Below are positions 45,443 to 55,873 of a stretch of 64,000 nucleotides of DNA, piece by piece (the first letter of the stretch is position 1; each line of letters begins with the position of its first letter). This stretch comes from Bacteroidales bacterium (GTDB lineage: Bacteria; Bacteroidota; Bacteroidia; Bacteroidales; VadinHA17): NCBI GenBank assembly GCA_035297425.1, contig DATGYZ010000034.1:5273-69272 (forward strand). The letters are read 5' to 3'. Made by a program: the position numbers and the translations under genes. Below the pieces are notes generated by a model, which saw nothing but the letters and a program-made list of their open reading frames with translations, was not told the origin of the DNA and did not search any database.

Positions 45443-47878
45443 ATGTTTATGAAAGTCCAGAAGTTTGGGGGGACATCAGTAGGAACACCTGCAAGGATCA
45501 GGGAGGTTGTTAAAATAATTGAATCGCAGGATGAACAAGCTGTGGTCGTGGTATCTGCATTCGGGGGCATTACAGATGAACTGAGGAATATTGCAGAACT
45601 GGCAGCAGCAAGGAAGAATGATTATCGGCCTGTGCTTGACAAACTCATCATGCGCCATGAGGAAGCTGTAAAACAGGTTGTTCCCGGAGATAAGCAGGAA
45701 AGTATTTTAGAAAATATCAGGCAAATTCATTCTGACCTGAAAGCCACACTGGAAGGTGTTTACATGGTAAGGGAACTAAGCAGGCACACACTTGACCAGG
45801 TCATGAGCGCAGGCGAGCTTGTTTCTGCAACAATACTGCAAAGCATACTTGACAACAGTTGCTTTATAGATGCCAGGGAAATTATTCTTACCGACAGTAA
45901 TTTTGGTTTTGCCGGCGTAGACTTTCAGGCAACAAACGAACTTATTAGAAAAAGAATTTCCGGTGAATACAGGTATACTATTGTGCCAGGGTTCATCGCA
46001 AGGAATTCAGAAGGCGATACCACAACGCTTGGCAGAGGGGGCTCTGATTATACAGCAGCCATTATTGCCGCTGCTATTGATGCCAGCATTCTTGAAATTT
46101 GGACTGATGTTGACGGGTTCATGAGTGCAGATCCGAAGAATGTTGAGAAAGCTTATGCAATTGAACACCTTACATACTCTGAAGCTATCGAGTTGTCTCA
46201 TTTCGGGGCAAAAGTCATATACACTCCAACGCTGAGGCCAGTTTATAAAAAGAATATTCCCATTAAAGTCCTTAATTCATTCAATCCATCTTCAAAGGGG
46301 ACAATTATAAGCCTGAAGGATCATAATGGTGAAAAAAGCCCGATCAAAGGAATTTCGTCGATTGACAAAATCGACCTCATTACACTCCAGGGCACAGGTA
46401 TGGTCGGCGTTTCAGGCACTTCAATGAGACTTTTTGGGGCACTTGCCAGGAAGAGTGTAAATATTATTCTGATAACCCAGGCATCATCAGAATATTCGAT
46501 TTCATTTGCAGTAACACCAGCAGATTCAATAATATCTGAGAAGGCAATAATTGAAGAATTCAGGAATGAGATTGAATTCAACAAAGAGATCAGGGTGCAG
46601 GTTGAAAAAAACCTGTCAATTATTGCCATCGTTGGCGAAAGAATGAAAAATACACCAGGTATTTCTGCAACACTTTTCAAATCTCTGGGAAGAAACGGTA
46701 TTAACGTTATTGCAACAGCACAGGGCTCATCAGAGCTTAACATCTCTGTCGTAATAAAAAATGACGATCTCAGGAAAGCGCTTAATGTTATCCATGACGG
46801 GTTTTTCCTTTCAAGCTACAAGGAGATGCACCTGTTCATTGCAGGTACCGGGTTAGTAGGGAACAGTTTCTTAAAGCAGATAATGCAGCAGCAATCAGTG
46901 CTTTTCAACGAGCATAAGGTGAAGATTAATATTATCGGGATAACAAACAGCAGGAAGATGCTTATCAACACAAAAGGCATTTCCAGTGTAAACCTGAGGG
47001 AGGCTCTGGCAAACGACGGACAGAAAGCAGATCTGGATGCATACATAAAAAATATGACTTTGCTCAACCTGAGGAACTCTGTTTTCATTGACTGTACCGC
47101 TGATGAAAAGGTAGCTATGAGGTACCCTGAGATCCTGTCAAAATATGTATCGGTTGTAACAGCAAATAAGATTGCATGCTCGTCGGAATTCAGTTATTAT
47201 CATAACCTGAGGACAATTGCTTCCGAGAAAGGCGTAAGACTCATGTATGAGACCACTGTCGGGGCCGGGCTGCCTATTATCAAGACAATCAATGACCTTA
47301 TTCTAAGTGGAGACAAAGTTCTTAAGATAGAGGCTGTATTGTCGGGAACAATGAATTTCATATTCAATGAGCTCAGCCCTGAAACACCAATGAGCATGGC
47401 GATAAAGAAAGCCAGGGAAAAAGGTTATTCCGAACCGGACCCGAGGATCGACCTGAGCGGCACGGATGTTGTAAGAAAGATCCTTATTCTTTCAAGAGAA
47501 GCAGGGTATCAGCTTGAAAAAAATGATGTCTCGGTAAAGAAATTCCTGCCTGATGAATGTTTTGAAGGTGACCTGGCTGATTTTTTTGAAAAGGTGAAGG
47601 GCCTGGATGCAGACTTCGAAGGAAAAAGGAAAAAACTTGTGAAGGAAAATAAAAAATGGCGGTTCTTTGCAAAACTTGAGAATGGTAAAGCATCAGTCGG
47701 GCTTGTGGCTGTAAGTCCGAACCATCCTTCATACAATCTTGAAGGTTCGAATAACATTGTTCTTATTACTACTGAAAGATATAATGAACTTCCGCTCGTA
47801 ATAAAAGGTTATGGTGCGGGAGCTGATGTAACCGCCGGAGGTATTTTTGCGGATATGATGAGGGTTATTAACGTTTGA
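45443..47878 (+). CDS. thrA: bifunctional aspartokinase / homoserine dehydrogenase
   Basis: 811 aa. MKVQKFGGTSV kinase N-terminus (start may be 45449), ACT region, C-terminal homoserine dehydrogenase. Confidence 0.95.
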   Translation: MFMKVQKFGGTSVGTPARIREVVKIIESQDEQAVVVVSAFGGITDELRNIAELAAARKNDYRPVLDKLIMRHEEAVKQVVPGDKQESILENIRQIHSDLKATLEGVYMVRELSRHTLDQVMSAGELVSATILQSILDNSCFIDAREIILTDSNFGFAGVDFQATNELIRKRISGEYRYTIVPGFIARNSEGDTTTLGRGGSDYTAAIIAAAIDASILEIWTDVDGFMSADPKNVEKAYAIEHLTYSEAIELSHFGAKVIYTPTLRPVYKKNIPIKVLNSFNPSSKGTIISLKDHNGEKSPIKGISSIDKIDLITLQGTGMVGVSGTSMRLFGALARKSVNIILITQASSEYSISFAVTPADSIISEKAIIEEFRNEIEFNKEIRVQVEKNLSIIAIVGERMKNTPGISATLFKSLGRNGINVIATAQGSSELNISVVIKNDDLRKALNVIHDGFFLSSYKEMHLFIAGTGLVGNSFLKQIMQQQSVLFNEHKVKINIIGITNSRKMLINTKGISSVNLREALANDGQKADLDAYIKNMTLLNLRNSVFIDCTADEKVAMRYPEILSKYVSVVTANKIACSSEFSYYHNLRTIASEKGVRLMYETTVGAGLPIIKTINDLILSGDKVLKIEAVLSGTMNFIFNELSPETPMSMAIKKAREKGYSEPDPRIDLSGTDVVRKILILSREAGYQLEKNDVSVKKFLPDECFEGDLADFFEKVKGLDADFEGKRKKLVKENKKWRFFAKLENGKASVGLVAVSPNHPSYNLEGSNNIVLITTERYNELPLVIKGYGAGADVTAGGIFADMMRVINV

Positions 47879-47887
47879 TAAGGAAAT

Positions 47888-49240
47888 ATGAAATACTATT
47901 CAACTAACGGCAGGGCACCTGGCGTATCATTCAGGGAGGCTCTATTGCTGGGATTGGCACCTGATGGTGGCTTATATCTTCCTGAGTCACTGCCTGCACT
48001 CAGCCAGGATGATCTTAATAAACTGCGCGGGTTGGATTATCCTGCGATGGCAACCGAAATACTCATCAAGTATATCGGTGATGAGGTTGATGAGAAAGAT
48101 ATAGAAAGACTTTGCAGGGATGCTTACAATTTTGAAGTACCTGTGAACAGGGCGAAGGGAAAGAAGTACATACTCCGTCTCGACCAGGGTCCAACTGCTT
48201 CATTTAAGGATTTTGCAGCCAGGATGATGAGCAGGCTGATGCAGCATTTTATGAAGCAGGATAACAGGAAACTCACGATACTCACAGCAACATCAGGAGA
48301 TACAGGAAGCGCTGTTGCAAATGCCTTCTATGGATTGGATAATATTAAGGTTGTAATACTTTTTCCTAAGACCGAAGTATCGGAGATCCAGAGAAAGCAG
48401 ATGACAACTCTTCAGAAGAACATAACTGTTGTTGCTGTTGACGGGAAGTTTGACGATTGCCAGGATATGGTAAAAAGAGCTTTCCGCGATCCCGATCTGG
48501 CCCATATCCCTTTGTCATCTGCCAATTCGATCAATATTGGAAGACTTTTGCCTCAGTCAGTTTATTATATATATGCCTGGTCGAGGGCAACTGCTTCGGC
48601 AAAAGAAAAGGTCATATTCAGTGTTCCTTCAGGCAACTTCGGAAATCTTACTGCCGGGATACTTGCATCCCGCATGGGATTACCAGTTGAGAAGTTTATC
48701 ATTTCAACTAATGAAAATGATGAAGTTCCAACATTTCTGAAAACAGGAATATATGTTCCTGTGGTTCCTTCGAGGAATTGTATCTCAAGCGCAATGAACG
48801 TGGGGCATCCAAGTAATTTCGCAAGGATGATAGCCCTTTATGGGGGTATAATGAACGAAAAAGGGTTGATGCTCAAACAGCCTGATCTGCAGAGCATGTT
48901 CAATGAACTTTTTGGAGTAAGCGTTTCAGATGAAGAAACGCTTCAGACAATAAAAGAGGTATATGATAAGTACGGGATTATACTCGAACCGCATGGAGCT
49001 GTCGCATGGAAAGGTATCACTGAATTCCTCTCGAAATCAAAAAACAATACTGATACAACCTTCATTGCACTCGAGACCGCTCACCCGGCAAAATTCTCCG
49101 AAGAGATTTTCAAAGTACTGAAAATGAATCCGGATCTCCCCTATTCATTGAGTTCGGTAATCAGCAAGGAAGAAAAATATTCAACCATCGATAATAATTA
49201 TATATCATTAAAGCAGCTGCTTCAGAGCACAACATTTTAA
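47888..49240 (+). CDS. thrC: threonine synthase
   Basis: 450 aa. PTASFKDFAARM PLP-lysine motif, long-form ThrC. Confidence 0.93.
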   Translation: MKYYSTNGRAPGVSFREALLLGLAPDGGLYLPESLPALSQDDLNKLRGLDYPAMATEILIKYIGDEVDEKDIERLCRDAYNFEVPVNRAKGKKYILRLDQGPTASFKDFAARMMSRLMQHFMKQDNRKLTILTATSGDTGSAVANAFYGLDNIKVVILFPKTEVSEIQRKQMTTLQKNITVVAVDGKFDDCQDMVKRAFRDPDLAHIPLSSANSINIGRLLPQSVYYIYAWSRATASAKEKVIFSVPSGNFGNLTAGILASRMGLPVEKFIISTNENDEVPTFLKTGIYVPVVPSRNCISSAMNVGHPSNFARMIALYGGIMNEKGLMLKQPDLQSMFNELFGVSVSDEETLQTIKEVYDKYGIILEPHGAVAWKGITEFLSKSKNNTDTTFIALETAHPAKFSEEIFKVLKMNPDLPYSLSSVISKEEKYSTIDNNYISLKQLLQSTTF

Positions 49241-49242
49241 AC

Positions 49243-49848
49243 ATGCATATCGTTTGTTCAGACCTTGAAGGCATACTTGTTCCTGAAATATGGATCGGGG
49301 TTTCGAAAGAAACCGGGATTGATGAACTGAAACTTACCACAAGAGACATCAGTGACTATGACATTCTGATGAAAATGAGAATCGGCATTCTAAAAGATAA
49401 GGGTCTTAAACTTAAAGACATTCAGAAAGTTATCTCAGGATTGAGACCTTTGCCCGGAGCTATGGAATTCCTTCACTGGCTAAGGTCGCAAATGCAGGTT
49501 GTGATCGTTTCTGACACTTTCACCGAATTTGCAGGCCCCTTTATGAAGCAGCTCAGCTATCCGACAATTTTCTGTCATAATCTAATAACCGACAATTCTG
49601 GAACAATTACAGGATATAAACTAAGGCAGCCAGACTCCAAGAAAATGGTTGCAGAAGCCCTGCAGAAGCTCAATTACAATGTGATAGCAATCGGTGATTC
49701 ATACAACGATCTTTCCATGCTTCGCCAGGCGGATAAGGGTATCCTGTTCAACCCTCCTGCAAACATTGCAGCTTCAAACAGCGATCTGAAGATTGTTAAA
49801 TCATATGAAACCCTTAAATCAGAAATTGAGAGGATGATCGCTCTTTGA
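49243..49848 (+). CDS. thrH: ThrH-type phosphoserine phosphatase / homoserine phosphotransferase
   Basis: 201 aa. SDLEGILVPEIWI..S..TGI..L..TTRDI.DYD.LM..R, VSDTF.EF, GDSYND closely follow the Pseudomonas ThrH pattern as I recall it. Confidence 0.8.
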   Translation: MHIVCSDLEGILVPEIWIGVSKETGIDELKLTTRDISDYDILMKMRIGILKDKGLKLKDIQKVISGLRPLPGAMEFLHWLRSQMQVVIVSDTFTEFAGPFMKQLSYPTIFCHNLITDNSGTITGYKLRQPDSKKMVAEALQKLNYNVIAIGDSYNDLSMLRQADKGILFNPPANIAASNSDLKIVKSYETLKSEIERMIAL

Positions 49849-50002
49849 AAGAAAAAGATCGTTGCAACTATTTTTTATATAACCCATTAGTTTTATTGAA
49901 ATCTTTATTAATTTCATTCCTTTCATATTTAAAAGACGGGGTTTGTGAAGGGAATGCAGGTACAGTTTCGTTTGAAGCTTGAAGTAACCAAAATAAAGAC
50001 CC

Positions 50003-51073
50003 ATGAAACTATTCAGAAAGAAAGGCAGTGTTAATCCGGATTCCGGTTTAAATGCAATCAATACCGAACATCCTGTATCAAACAAATCAAAATCACGTCG
50101 CGAAATTCTCAAAGGACTTGCAGCATTGCCTGCAGTAGCTCTTCTGCCGGGAATCAATAACATTTATTCCCCGGAAGTTAAATCTGATATAACACAGGAT
50201 CTAAAAGCATTAACCGGACCTGTTCCTTCAGGCAAACTCGGAAAACTGAATGTTAGCAGGATGATTCTTGGCTGCAATATGATAATAAGCCATGCCCATG
50301 CCAGGGACCTTATATATACAGACAGCCTGATAAAGAACTACTATACCGAGGACAAGATTTTCCGCACCCTTCAGCTTGCCGAGGCAGCCGGTGTAAATAC
50401 CATAGTGAATGTCACAGAAGCTATGGATCAGTTTAACAAATACAAGAAGGAATATAACAGCAAGATGCAGGCGATCTGCATGGCAACCCTTCCTAAAAAT
50501 GATCTCTTTTCGAATATTAACCTGTGCCGTGACAAAGGCGCCAGTGCAATTTATGTTCATGGAAGGGTTTGTGATGCCTACGTAAAAGAAGGGAAATATG
50601 ACGAGCTTGCAAAGGTGTTCAGCTACATCCAGAGCCTTGGCTTCCAGGCAGGTGTTGGCGCTCATTGCCTGGAAACTGTAGAATGGTGTGAAAAAGAAGG
50701 ATTCAATACTGATTTCTATATGAAGGCCTTCCATCATGATAAATACTGGTCGGCGCTTCCGGAAGAGAACCGTGAGCAATACATCGAAATCGGACCTTCA
50801 TTCACAGATCATAATAAGTATTGCGACAACATGTGGGATCTTCATCCGAATCGCACTGTTGAGGTGATGAAGAATGTAAAGAAACCATTCATAGCATTTA
50901 AGACCCTGGCAGCAGGAGCTATAAGACCAAAAGACGGGTTCAGGTATGCATTTGAAAACGGTGCTGATTTCGTTTGTGTAGGGATGTTTGACTTCCAGGT
51001 TATTGAAAACGCAAATACCCTTACCACAATCCTCGGAGACCTTGGCAAGAGGCAAAGGGAATGGTTTTCATAA
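50003..51073 (+). CDS. Tat-signal hypothetical protein (TIM-barrel/AKR-like N-terminal pattern, family not recognised)
   Basis: 356 aa. SRREILKGLAALPAVALLPG twin-Arg signal. KLGKLNVSRMILGCN resembles an AKR-type N-terminus. Confidence 0.5.
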   Translation: MKLFRKKGSVNPDSGLNAINTEHPVSNKSKSRREILKGLAALPAVALLPGINNIYSPEVKSDITQDLKALTGPVPSGKLGKLNVSRMILGCNMIISHAHARDLIYTDSLIKNYYTEDKIFRTLQLAEAAGVNTIVNVTEAMDQFNKYKKEYNSKMQAICMATLPKNDLFSNINLCRDKGASAIYVHGRVCDAYVKEGKYDELAKVFSYIQSLGFQAGVGAHCLETVEWCEKEGFNTDFYMKAFHHDKYWSALPEENREQYIEIGPSFTDHNKYCDNMWDLHPNRTVEVMKNVKKPFIAFKTLAAGAIRPKDGFRYAFENGADFVCVGMFDFQVIENANTLTTILGDLGKRQREWFS

Positions 51074-51142
51074 AGCTTCCCGGCTACTGATTAAGTATTT
51101 TAAAATTTAAGTATTGTAAGTACTCCAGGGCACTTATGGTTT

Positions 51143-51892
51143 TTATTTTAGCTCCCGTATTCTTACCTCGGTACCGGAACCTTCCATAAGCTTAATCAGC
51201 TCATCAGTGTTCGTCTGACCATAATGGTAAGGGTAAAGCAGCTTCGGTTTGAAGGCATTTGCAGCATCTGCCACCATCTGGGGTGTCATTGTATACGGAA
51301 GGTTCATAGGGAGGAATGCCACATCGATGTTTTTCAATGCTTTCATCTCCGGAGTATTCTCAGTATCACCGGCAACATAAAACCTCTTCCCTCCTATTGT
51401 AAGGATATATCCCAAACCCTGTCCTTTCGGGTGAAAAGGCGACCCCGGGGCACGTTCATTAACTATATTATAGGCATCAATGGCTTCTATAACAATGTTT
51501 TTAACTTCCTGCCTGTCGCCAGGTTTCATCACCATTGCCCATCCTATTGTCTTTGACGAATTCTGGTTACAGAAGACTAGCGTACCTTGCTTCTTCAGCT
51601 TTCCGATAAGAGCTGCATCAAGATGATCAGGATGTTCATGTGTTATAAGTATAATATCGGCCTGAGGCAGAAAATTATAATTACCGCTGGCTGATACAGG
51701 ATCAACATGAACCACGGTTCCATTAACCTTGAACATCAGTGAACCATGTCCAATGAAATGCATTTCAACATCTCCTTCAGCTGTCTTGACCTTGTCAAAG
51801 ACAGGTGAAGCCTGGGAATTGGCTTTCATCGATACAATTGATATTATGGTTATAAACAATAGTTTTTGCAGGTATTTTACTGATTGGCTCAT
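51143..51892 (-). CDS. exported MBL-fold metallo-hydrolase
   Basis: 249 aa. Signal peptide, THEHPDH motif. Confidence 0.8.
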   Translation of the reverse strand: MSQSVKYLQKLLFITIISIVSMKANSQASPVFDKVKTAEGDVEMHFIGHGSLMFKVNGTVVHVDPVSASGNYNFLPQADIILITHEHPDHLDAALIGKLKKQGTLVFCNQNSSKTIGWAMVMKPGDRQEVKNIVIEAIDAYNIVNERAPGSPFHPKGQGLGYILTIGGKRFYVAGDTENTPEMKALKNIDVAFLPMNLPYTMTPQMVADAANAFKPKLLYPYHYGQTNTDELIKLMEGSGTEVRIRELK

Positions 51893-51973
51893 GATTAATG
51901 TTTTTTCTTTCCGGGATAAATATTGTAAAAAATTCTTCAGGTGCTGTTTTCAGACAGCATAAATGTCATTTAT

Positions 51974-51981
51974 TATCTTTG
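51974..51981 (+). promoter_or_regulatory. -7 box TAtcTTTG upstream of the C25 gene
   Basis: Exact TAnnTTTG 69 nt upstream of 52050. Confidence 0.3.
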
Positions 51982-52049
51982 TACCTTTATTATCGGTAAA
52001 TTTATTAAATTATTGCAGGGTTTAAGTTTTTAATGTTAATTAATTAACA

Positions 52050-55000
52050 TTGATACTCTTAGTAAAAGGGAAAACAGTTTTCCTGTCTTTATTATTTATG
52101 TGTGTTTTGCTGAATTCACAAGGGCAGAACAGACAATCCTATACCCATGAATTTAATTCTGGTGGAAACATCAATGAGACCATCAATCCAGATGGCTCAC
52201 TGACCATATACTACTCAGTTCCCCGCCTGACCCTTCAGAGCGTAAAAAATGAAAACGGAACATTTTATCGCATTGCTATTCCGGAGCACATACAATCCAC
52301 AGAGGCAGGAATGCCTGAACTTCCTGTTTTCAGCAAGCTTTTGTCGGTTCCTGAAAACAGTAAAATCACCATCAGGATCAGCGAAGTAAAAAGTTCCGGA
52401 TTGAATCCTGGAAGAAAGATGGCTGGCCTTCTCTATCCTGCCCAGGAAAGCGAGATCAAAGCTGTCCAGGATGACCGGAAGATATTCAGGATGGATAAGG
52501 CGACTTACAAAAAGAGAACTTTACTTGAGAGTGATACAGTCAATATAGTTTATGAAGGCATCTCAAGGAATAGAACCCTGGCAAACATCTATATCAGGCC
52601 GGTGAGGTATAATCCGGGGAAGAATACAATCGAGGTTATCACTTCGATGAAAATAGATGTTGCTTTTACAGGCAATGCTCCAAAAACTGTTAAACAGGAA
52701 TCAGTTCTATTCAGCGAGTCGGTGAGCAAAGGAGTTATCAACCCAGATCTCATAAGGGATTTTTCAACAGGACCTGCCGGGATGATCATTCTTACTGATA
52801 CAATGTTCAGGAAACAGCTTGCTCCATTTATCCGTTGGAAAACACAGAAAGGATTCAGGATGCAGGTTCTGTTCAAAGGAACTGGTCTTGCAGGTAATAA
52901 TTATTCCGAATTAAAAGACACCCTGAAGAAGATATATCTTGCTGCAACAGATGAAATACCGGCGCCGGAATATCTGATGATCATAGGCGATGTAAACAAA
53001 GTACCTAACAGCCAGGCTGCATCAGGAAATATAACTGATCTTTATTATGGCGAATTTGATGGGAATGGAGATTATCTGCCTGAGATGTACATCGGCAGGA
53101 TTCCTGCAAGCGACACTTCAGAACTTTCGTCTGTACTGAAAAAAATAATACAGTATGAAAAATTCGAATTTGCTGATACTAACTCCTTTTACAATAATGC
53201 ACTTGCCACAACCGGTTACGATGTTGCCCACAAGCAATACATGAATGGGCAGGTACATTACCAGGTTACGAATTACCTGACCCCCATGAATTACATAACA
53301 GGCAAATACTTCTATCATACCAGTGAAACTGATCCTGTAAAAGTGTTAACTATCCTTGAAGCCCAGAAAAAGAATATCATCGACAGCATGATAAACATCG
53401 GTGGGTTGTCGTTCATCAACTACTCAGGTCACGGTTCTGCTTCTGGCTGGCTGAACTTAAGCATCCTTGCATCGGATGTCACCAGATTTGAGAACAGGAA
53501 CATGTATCCTTTCATAATAAGCAATGCCTGCCTCACAGGACAATTCGATAAATCCACTTCATTTGGCAACAGGATGGTTCTTGAAAAACAAAAAGGTGCT
53601 GTAACTTTTATCGGATGTTCAAACGATTCGTACTGGGATGAAGATTACTTCTGGGCAATTGGTGCAGGACCAATTTCAGAAAACCCTGCTTATAACAATA
53701 AAGGGCAAGGCATCTTCGACAGGTTATTCCATACCCATGGGGAAGTACCCGGAGAGTGGTCTTATACAGCAGGGCAGATAAATTATGCCGGGAATCTTTC
53801 GGTAAGTGCTAGTACAAGCACAAGGAAGAAATATTATTGGGAAACATACAATATTATCGGTGACCCAAGCCTTATCCCAATTCTTGGAAAGCCCCGGAAA
53901 TTCAATATTTCACTGCCAGACACACTGCCAAATGGCATTAAAACCCTGATGCTTAATGCAGATCCTTTTTCATACATAGCTGTATCGCATTCCGATACAT
54001 TATGGGATGCAACATTTGCCGGAAGCTCAGGCTCCGCAACCCTGAATCTTCCTGACATTTCAAATGACTCATGCCTTGTTGTTATAACTGGACAAAACAG
54101 GTACCCGGTAATTAAAACGATATTCTTTTCGGATTTAAAAGGTGAATTCCTCAATCTTGAATCATATTCAGTAAATGACAAGGAAGGAAATAATGATGGC
54201 CAGCCTGATTACGGTGAGCGTTTCTGCCTCGATCTTGTTCTTAAAAATTTAGGGAATTCTGCTGCTGATAATATCAGTATAGGACTTACTCCAGGGTCGG
54301 AATGGCTTAATATTGAAAAGGACACGGTTAATGTGAAGCGCATTGAACCAGGCAGCTCGGGAATCATAACATACAGCTTGATGATGAGGGTTGTTGGCAA
54401 TGTTCCCGACCTTGAGATTGCACCGGTGTCAATAAAAATTACCTGCAACGCGACTGAAAAGATCATACCTGTTGAACTGCTTCTACATTCCCCTGTATTG
54501 AGCATTCCAACATTTACAATAAACGATGATAAAACAGGCAATGGAGATTTTATTGCTGATCCCGGGGAGACACTTGATTTAGCATTCATTATCAGGAATG
54601 AAGGAACAAGCGATGCTTCAGGTGATTTCAGCCTGTCATCGGCCAACCCGGCAATAGATATTGACAATCCCAGTGTTAAATCAGGCATACTGAAACACTC
54701 TGAGACGACCTTTATTCCTGTCAGGGTAAAGCTTTCCCCTGACCTTATGTCGGGTGATTATATCAGTTTATATTCAAGCCTCCTGTGCCCTCCTTTCAAT
54801 ATTGAGAAAAGTTTCACACTGAGGATAGGAAAAGTAAGGGAAAGTTTTGAAGCCGGTTCATTTAAGCTGTTCCCCTGGCTCAATAACAGCCAGGTTCCAT
54901 GGATCATTACAGGCGACAATTCATACGACGGCATTAAAGCTGCAAAATCAGGCAAAATCGGTAGCATGGGATCAACAACCCTTTCCATTAAAATTTATTA

Positions 55001-55844
55001 CCCTGCGAATGATACATTAAAATTTAGATACAAAGTCTCTTCGGAACCGGATTTTGATGTCTTCAGCTTCAGGATTAACGGTAAGGAAATATTGAAGAAA
55101 AAGTCAGGAGAAGTACCCTGGACCACAATTCAAGTGCCGGTACAGCCAGGCTTAAACGATTTAGTGTGGTCGTACAATAAGGACGGATCAGTTACCCAGG
55201 GCTCTGATTGCGCATGGCTCGACCTTATAGATTTTACAGCCTCAGGTTCAGTAAAATATATTCGCAGGGATCTTAAGCTTGAAAGAATAATTGAGCCCAT
55301 TGATATAAACCAGGTTGGCAGGGGTGATTTAAGTGTCAAGGTTGCTAACTCCGGGTCCGATACAATAAAATCTTTCAACCTGGCATACACGATAAATAAC
55401 AGCTCTCCCGTCAGCCAGCAATTCAAATGGAGATTATCCCCGGGAGAAGATACAACTGTCACATTCACCAACAAGATGGACCTTTCAAGATCAGGCGTTT
55501 ATTATGTTAAAGTTTTTGGCGTTGGAAACAATGATGATTACCTTAGAAATGATACGACAAGTCTGATGATCGAAAATACCGACGTCAATGAGTCACTAGG
55601 CATTTATCCCAATCCATTCAACACAGATTTCAGAATATACATCAACAGTCATTCTGAAGATCTTGTGACAATAAGTATCCTTAATGTGAATGGTTCCCTT
55701 TTCTATCAATCTGAAAAAAACATAATTACGGGTGGCAATACGATCCTGTTCACCGGGCTGAATCTCAAGCCGGGGATGTATTATATAAGGATCAAAGGAA
55801 AAAGGATAAATAAAACTGTGCCTCTGATCAAAATAAGGGATTAA
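52050..55844 (+). CDS. gingipain-family (C25) cysteine peptidase with T9SS C-terminal sorting domain
   Basis: 1264 aa. N-terminal propeptide-like region, catalytic His (YSGHGSASGW) and Cys (ISNACLTGQFD), Ig/CARDB-like middle. Last ~80 aa (GIYPNPFNTDFRIYI...GMYYIRIKG) are a Por/T9SS CTD. Apparent TTG start gives a good signal peptide. Confidence 0.8.
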   Translation: MILLVKGKTVFLSLLFMCVLLNSQGQNRQSYTHEFNSGGNINETINPDGSLTIYYSVPRLTLQSVKNENGTFYRIAIPEHIQSTEAGMPELPVFSKLLSVPENSKITIRISEVKSSGLNPGRKMAGLLYPAQESEIKAVQDDRKIFRMDKATYKKRTLLESDTVNIVYEGISRNRTLANIYIRPVRYNPGKNTIEVITSMKIDVAFTGNAPKTVKQESVLFSESVSKGVINPDLIRDFSTGPAGMIILTDTMFRKQLAPFIRWKTQKGFRMQVLFKGTGLAGNNYSELKDTLKKIYLAATDEIPAPEYLMIIGDVNKVPNSQAASGNITDLYYGEFDGNGDYLPEMYIGRIPASDTSELSSVLKKIIQYEKFEFADTNSFYNNALATTGYDVAHKQYMNGQVHYQVTNYLTPMNYITGKYFYHTSETDPVKVLTILEAQKKNIIDSMINIGGLSFINYSGHGSASGWLNLSILASDVTRFENRNMYPFIISNACLTGQFDKSTSFGNRMVLEKQKGAVTFIGCSNDSYWDEDYFWAIGAGPISENPAYNNKGQGIFDRLFHTHGEVPGEWSYTAGQINYAGNLSVSASTSTRKKYYWETYNIIGDPSLIPILGKPRKFNISLPDTLPNGIKTLMLNADPFSYIAVSHSDTLWDATFAGSSGSATLNLPDISNDSCLVVITGQNRYPVIKTIFFSDLKGEFLNLESYSVNDKEGNNDGQPDYGERFCLDLVLKNLGNSAADNISIGLTPGSEWLNIEKDTVNVKRIEPGSSGIITYSLMMRVVGNVPDLEIAPVSIKITCNATEKIIPVELLLHSPVLSIPTFTINDDKTGNGDFIADPGETLDLAFIIRNEGTSDASGDFSLSSANPAIDIDNPSVKSGILKHSETTFIPVRVKLSPDLMSGDYISLYSSLLCPPFNIEKSFTLRIGKVRESFEAGSFKLFPWLNNSQVPWIITGDNSYDGIKAAKSGKIGSMGSTTLSIKIYYPANDTLKFRYKVSSEPDFDVFSFRINGKEILKKKSGEVPWTTIQVPVQPGLNDLVWSYNKDGSVTQGSDCAWLDLIDFTASGSVKYIRRDLKLERIIEPIDINQVGRGDLSVKVANSGSDTIKSFNLAYTINNSSPVSQQFKWRLSPGEDTTVTFTNKMDLSRSGVYYVKVFGVGNNDDYLRNDTTSLMIENTDVNESLGIYPNPFNTDFRIYINSHSEDLVTISILNVNGSLFYQSEKNIITGGNTILFTGLNLKPGMYYIRIKGKRINKTVPLIKIRD

Positions 55845-55873
55845 ATTTGAGCAAACTTTTCAGGTAATTAGCC

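Noticed and set aside
49819-50163. 114-aa minus-strand ORF spanning the thrH / Tat-protein intergenic region.
   Set aside because: It overlaps the 3' end of thrH and the 5' end (Tat signal) of the plus-strand gene. It has no motif and no plausible promoter.
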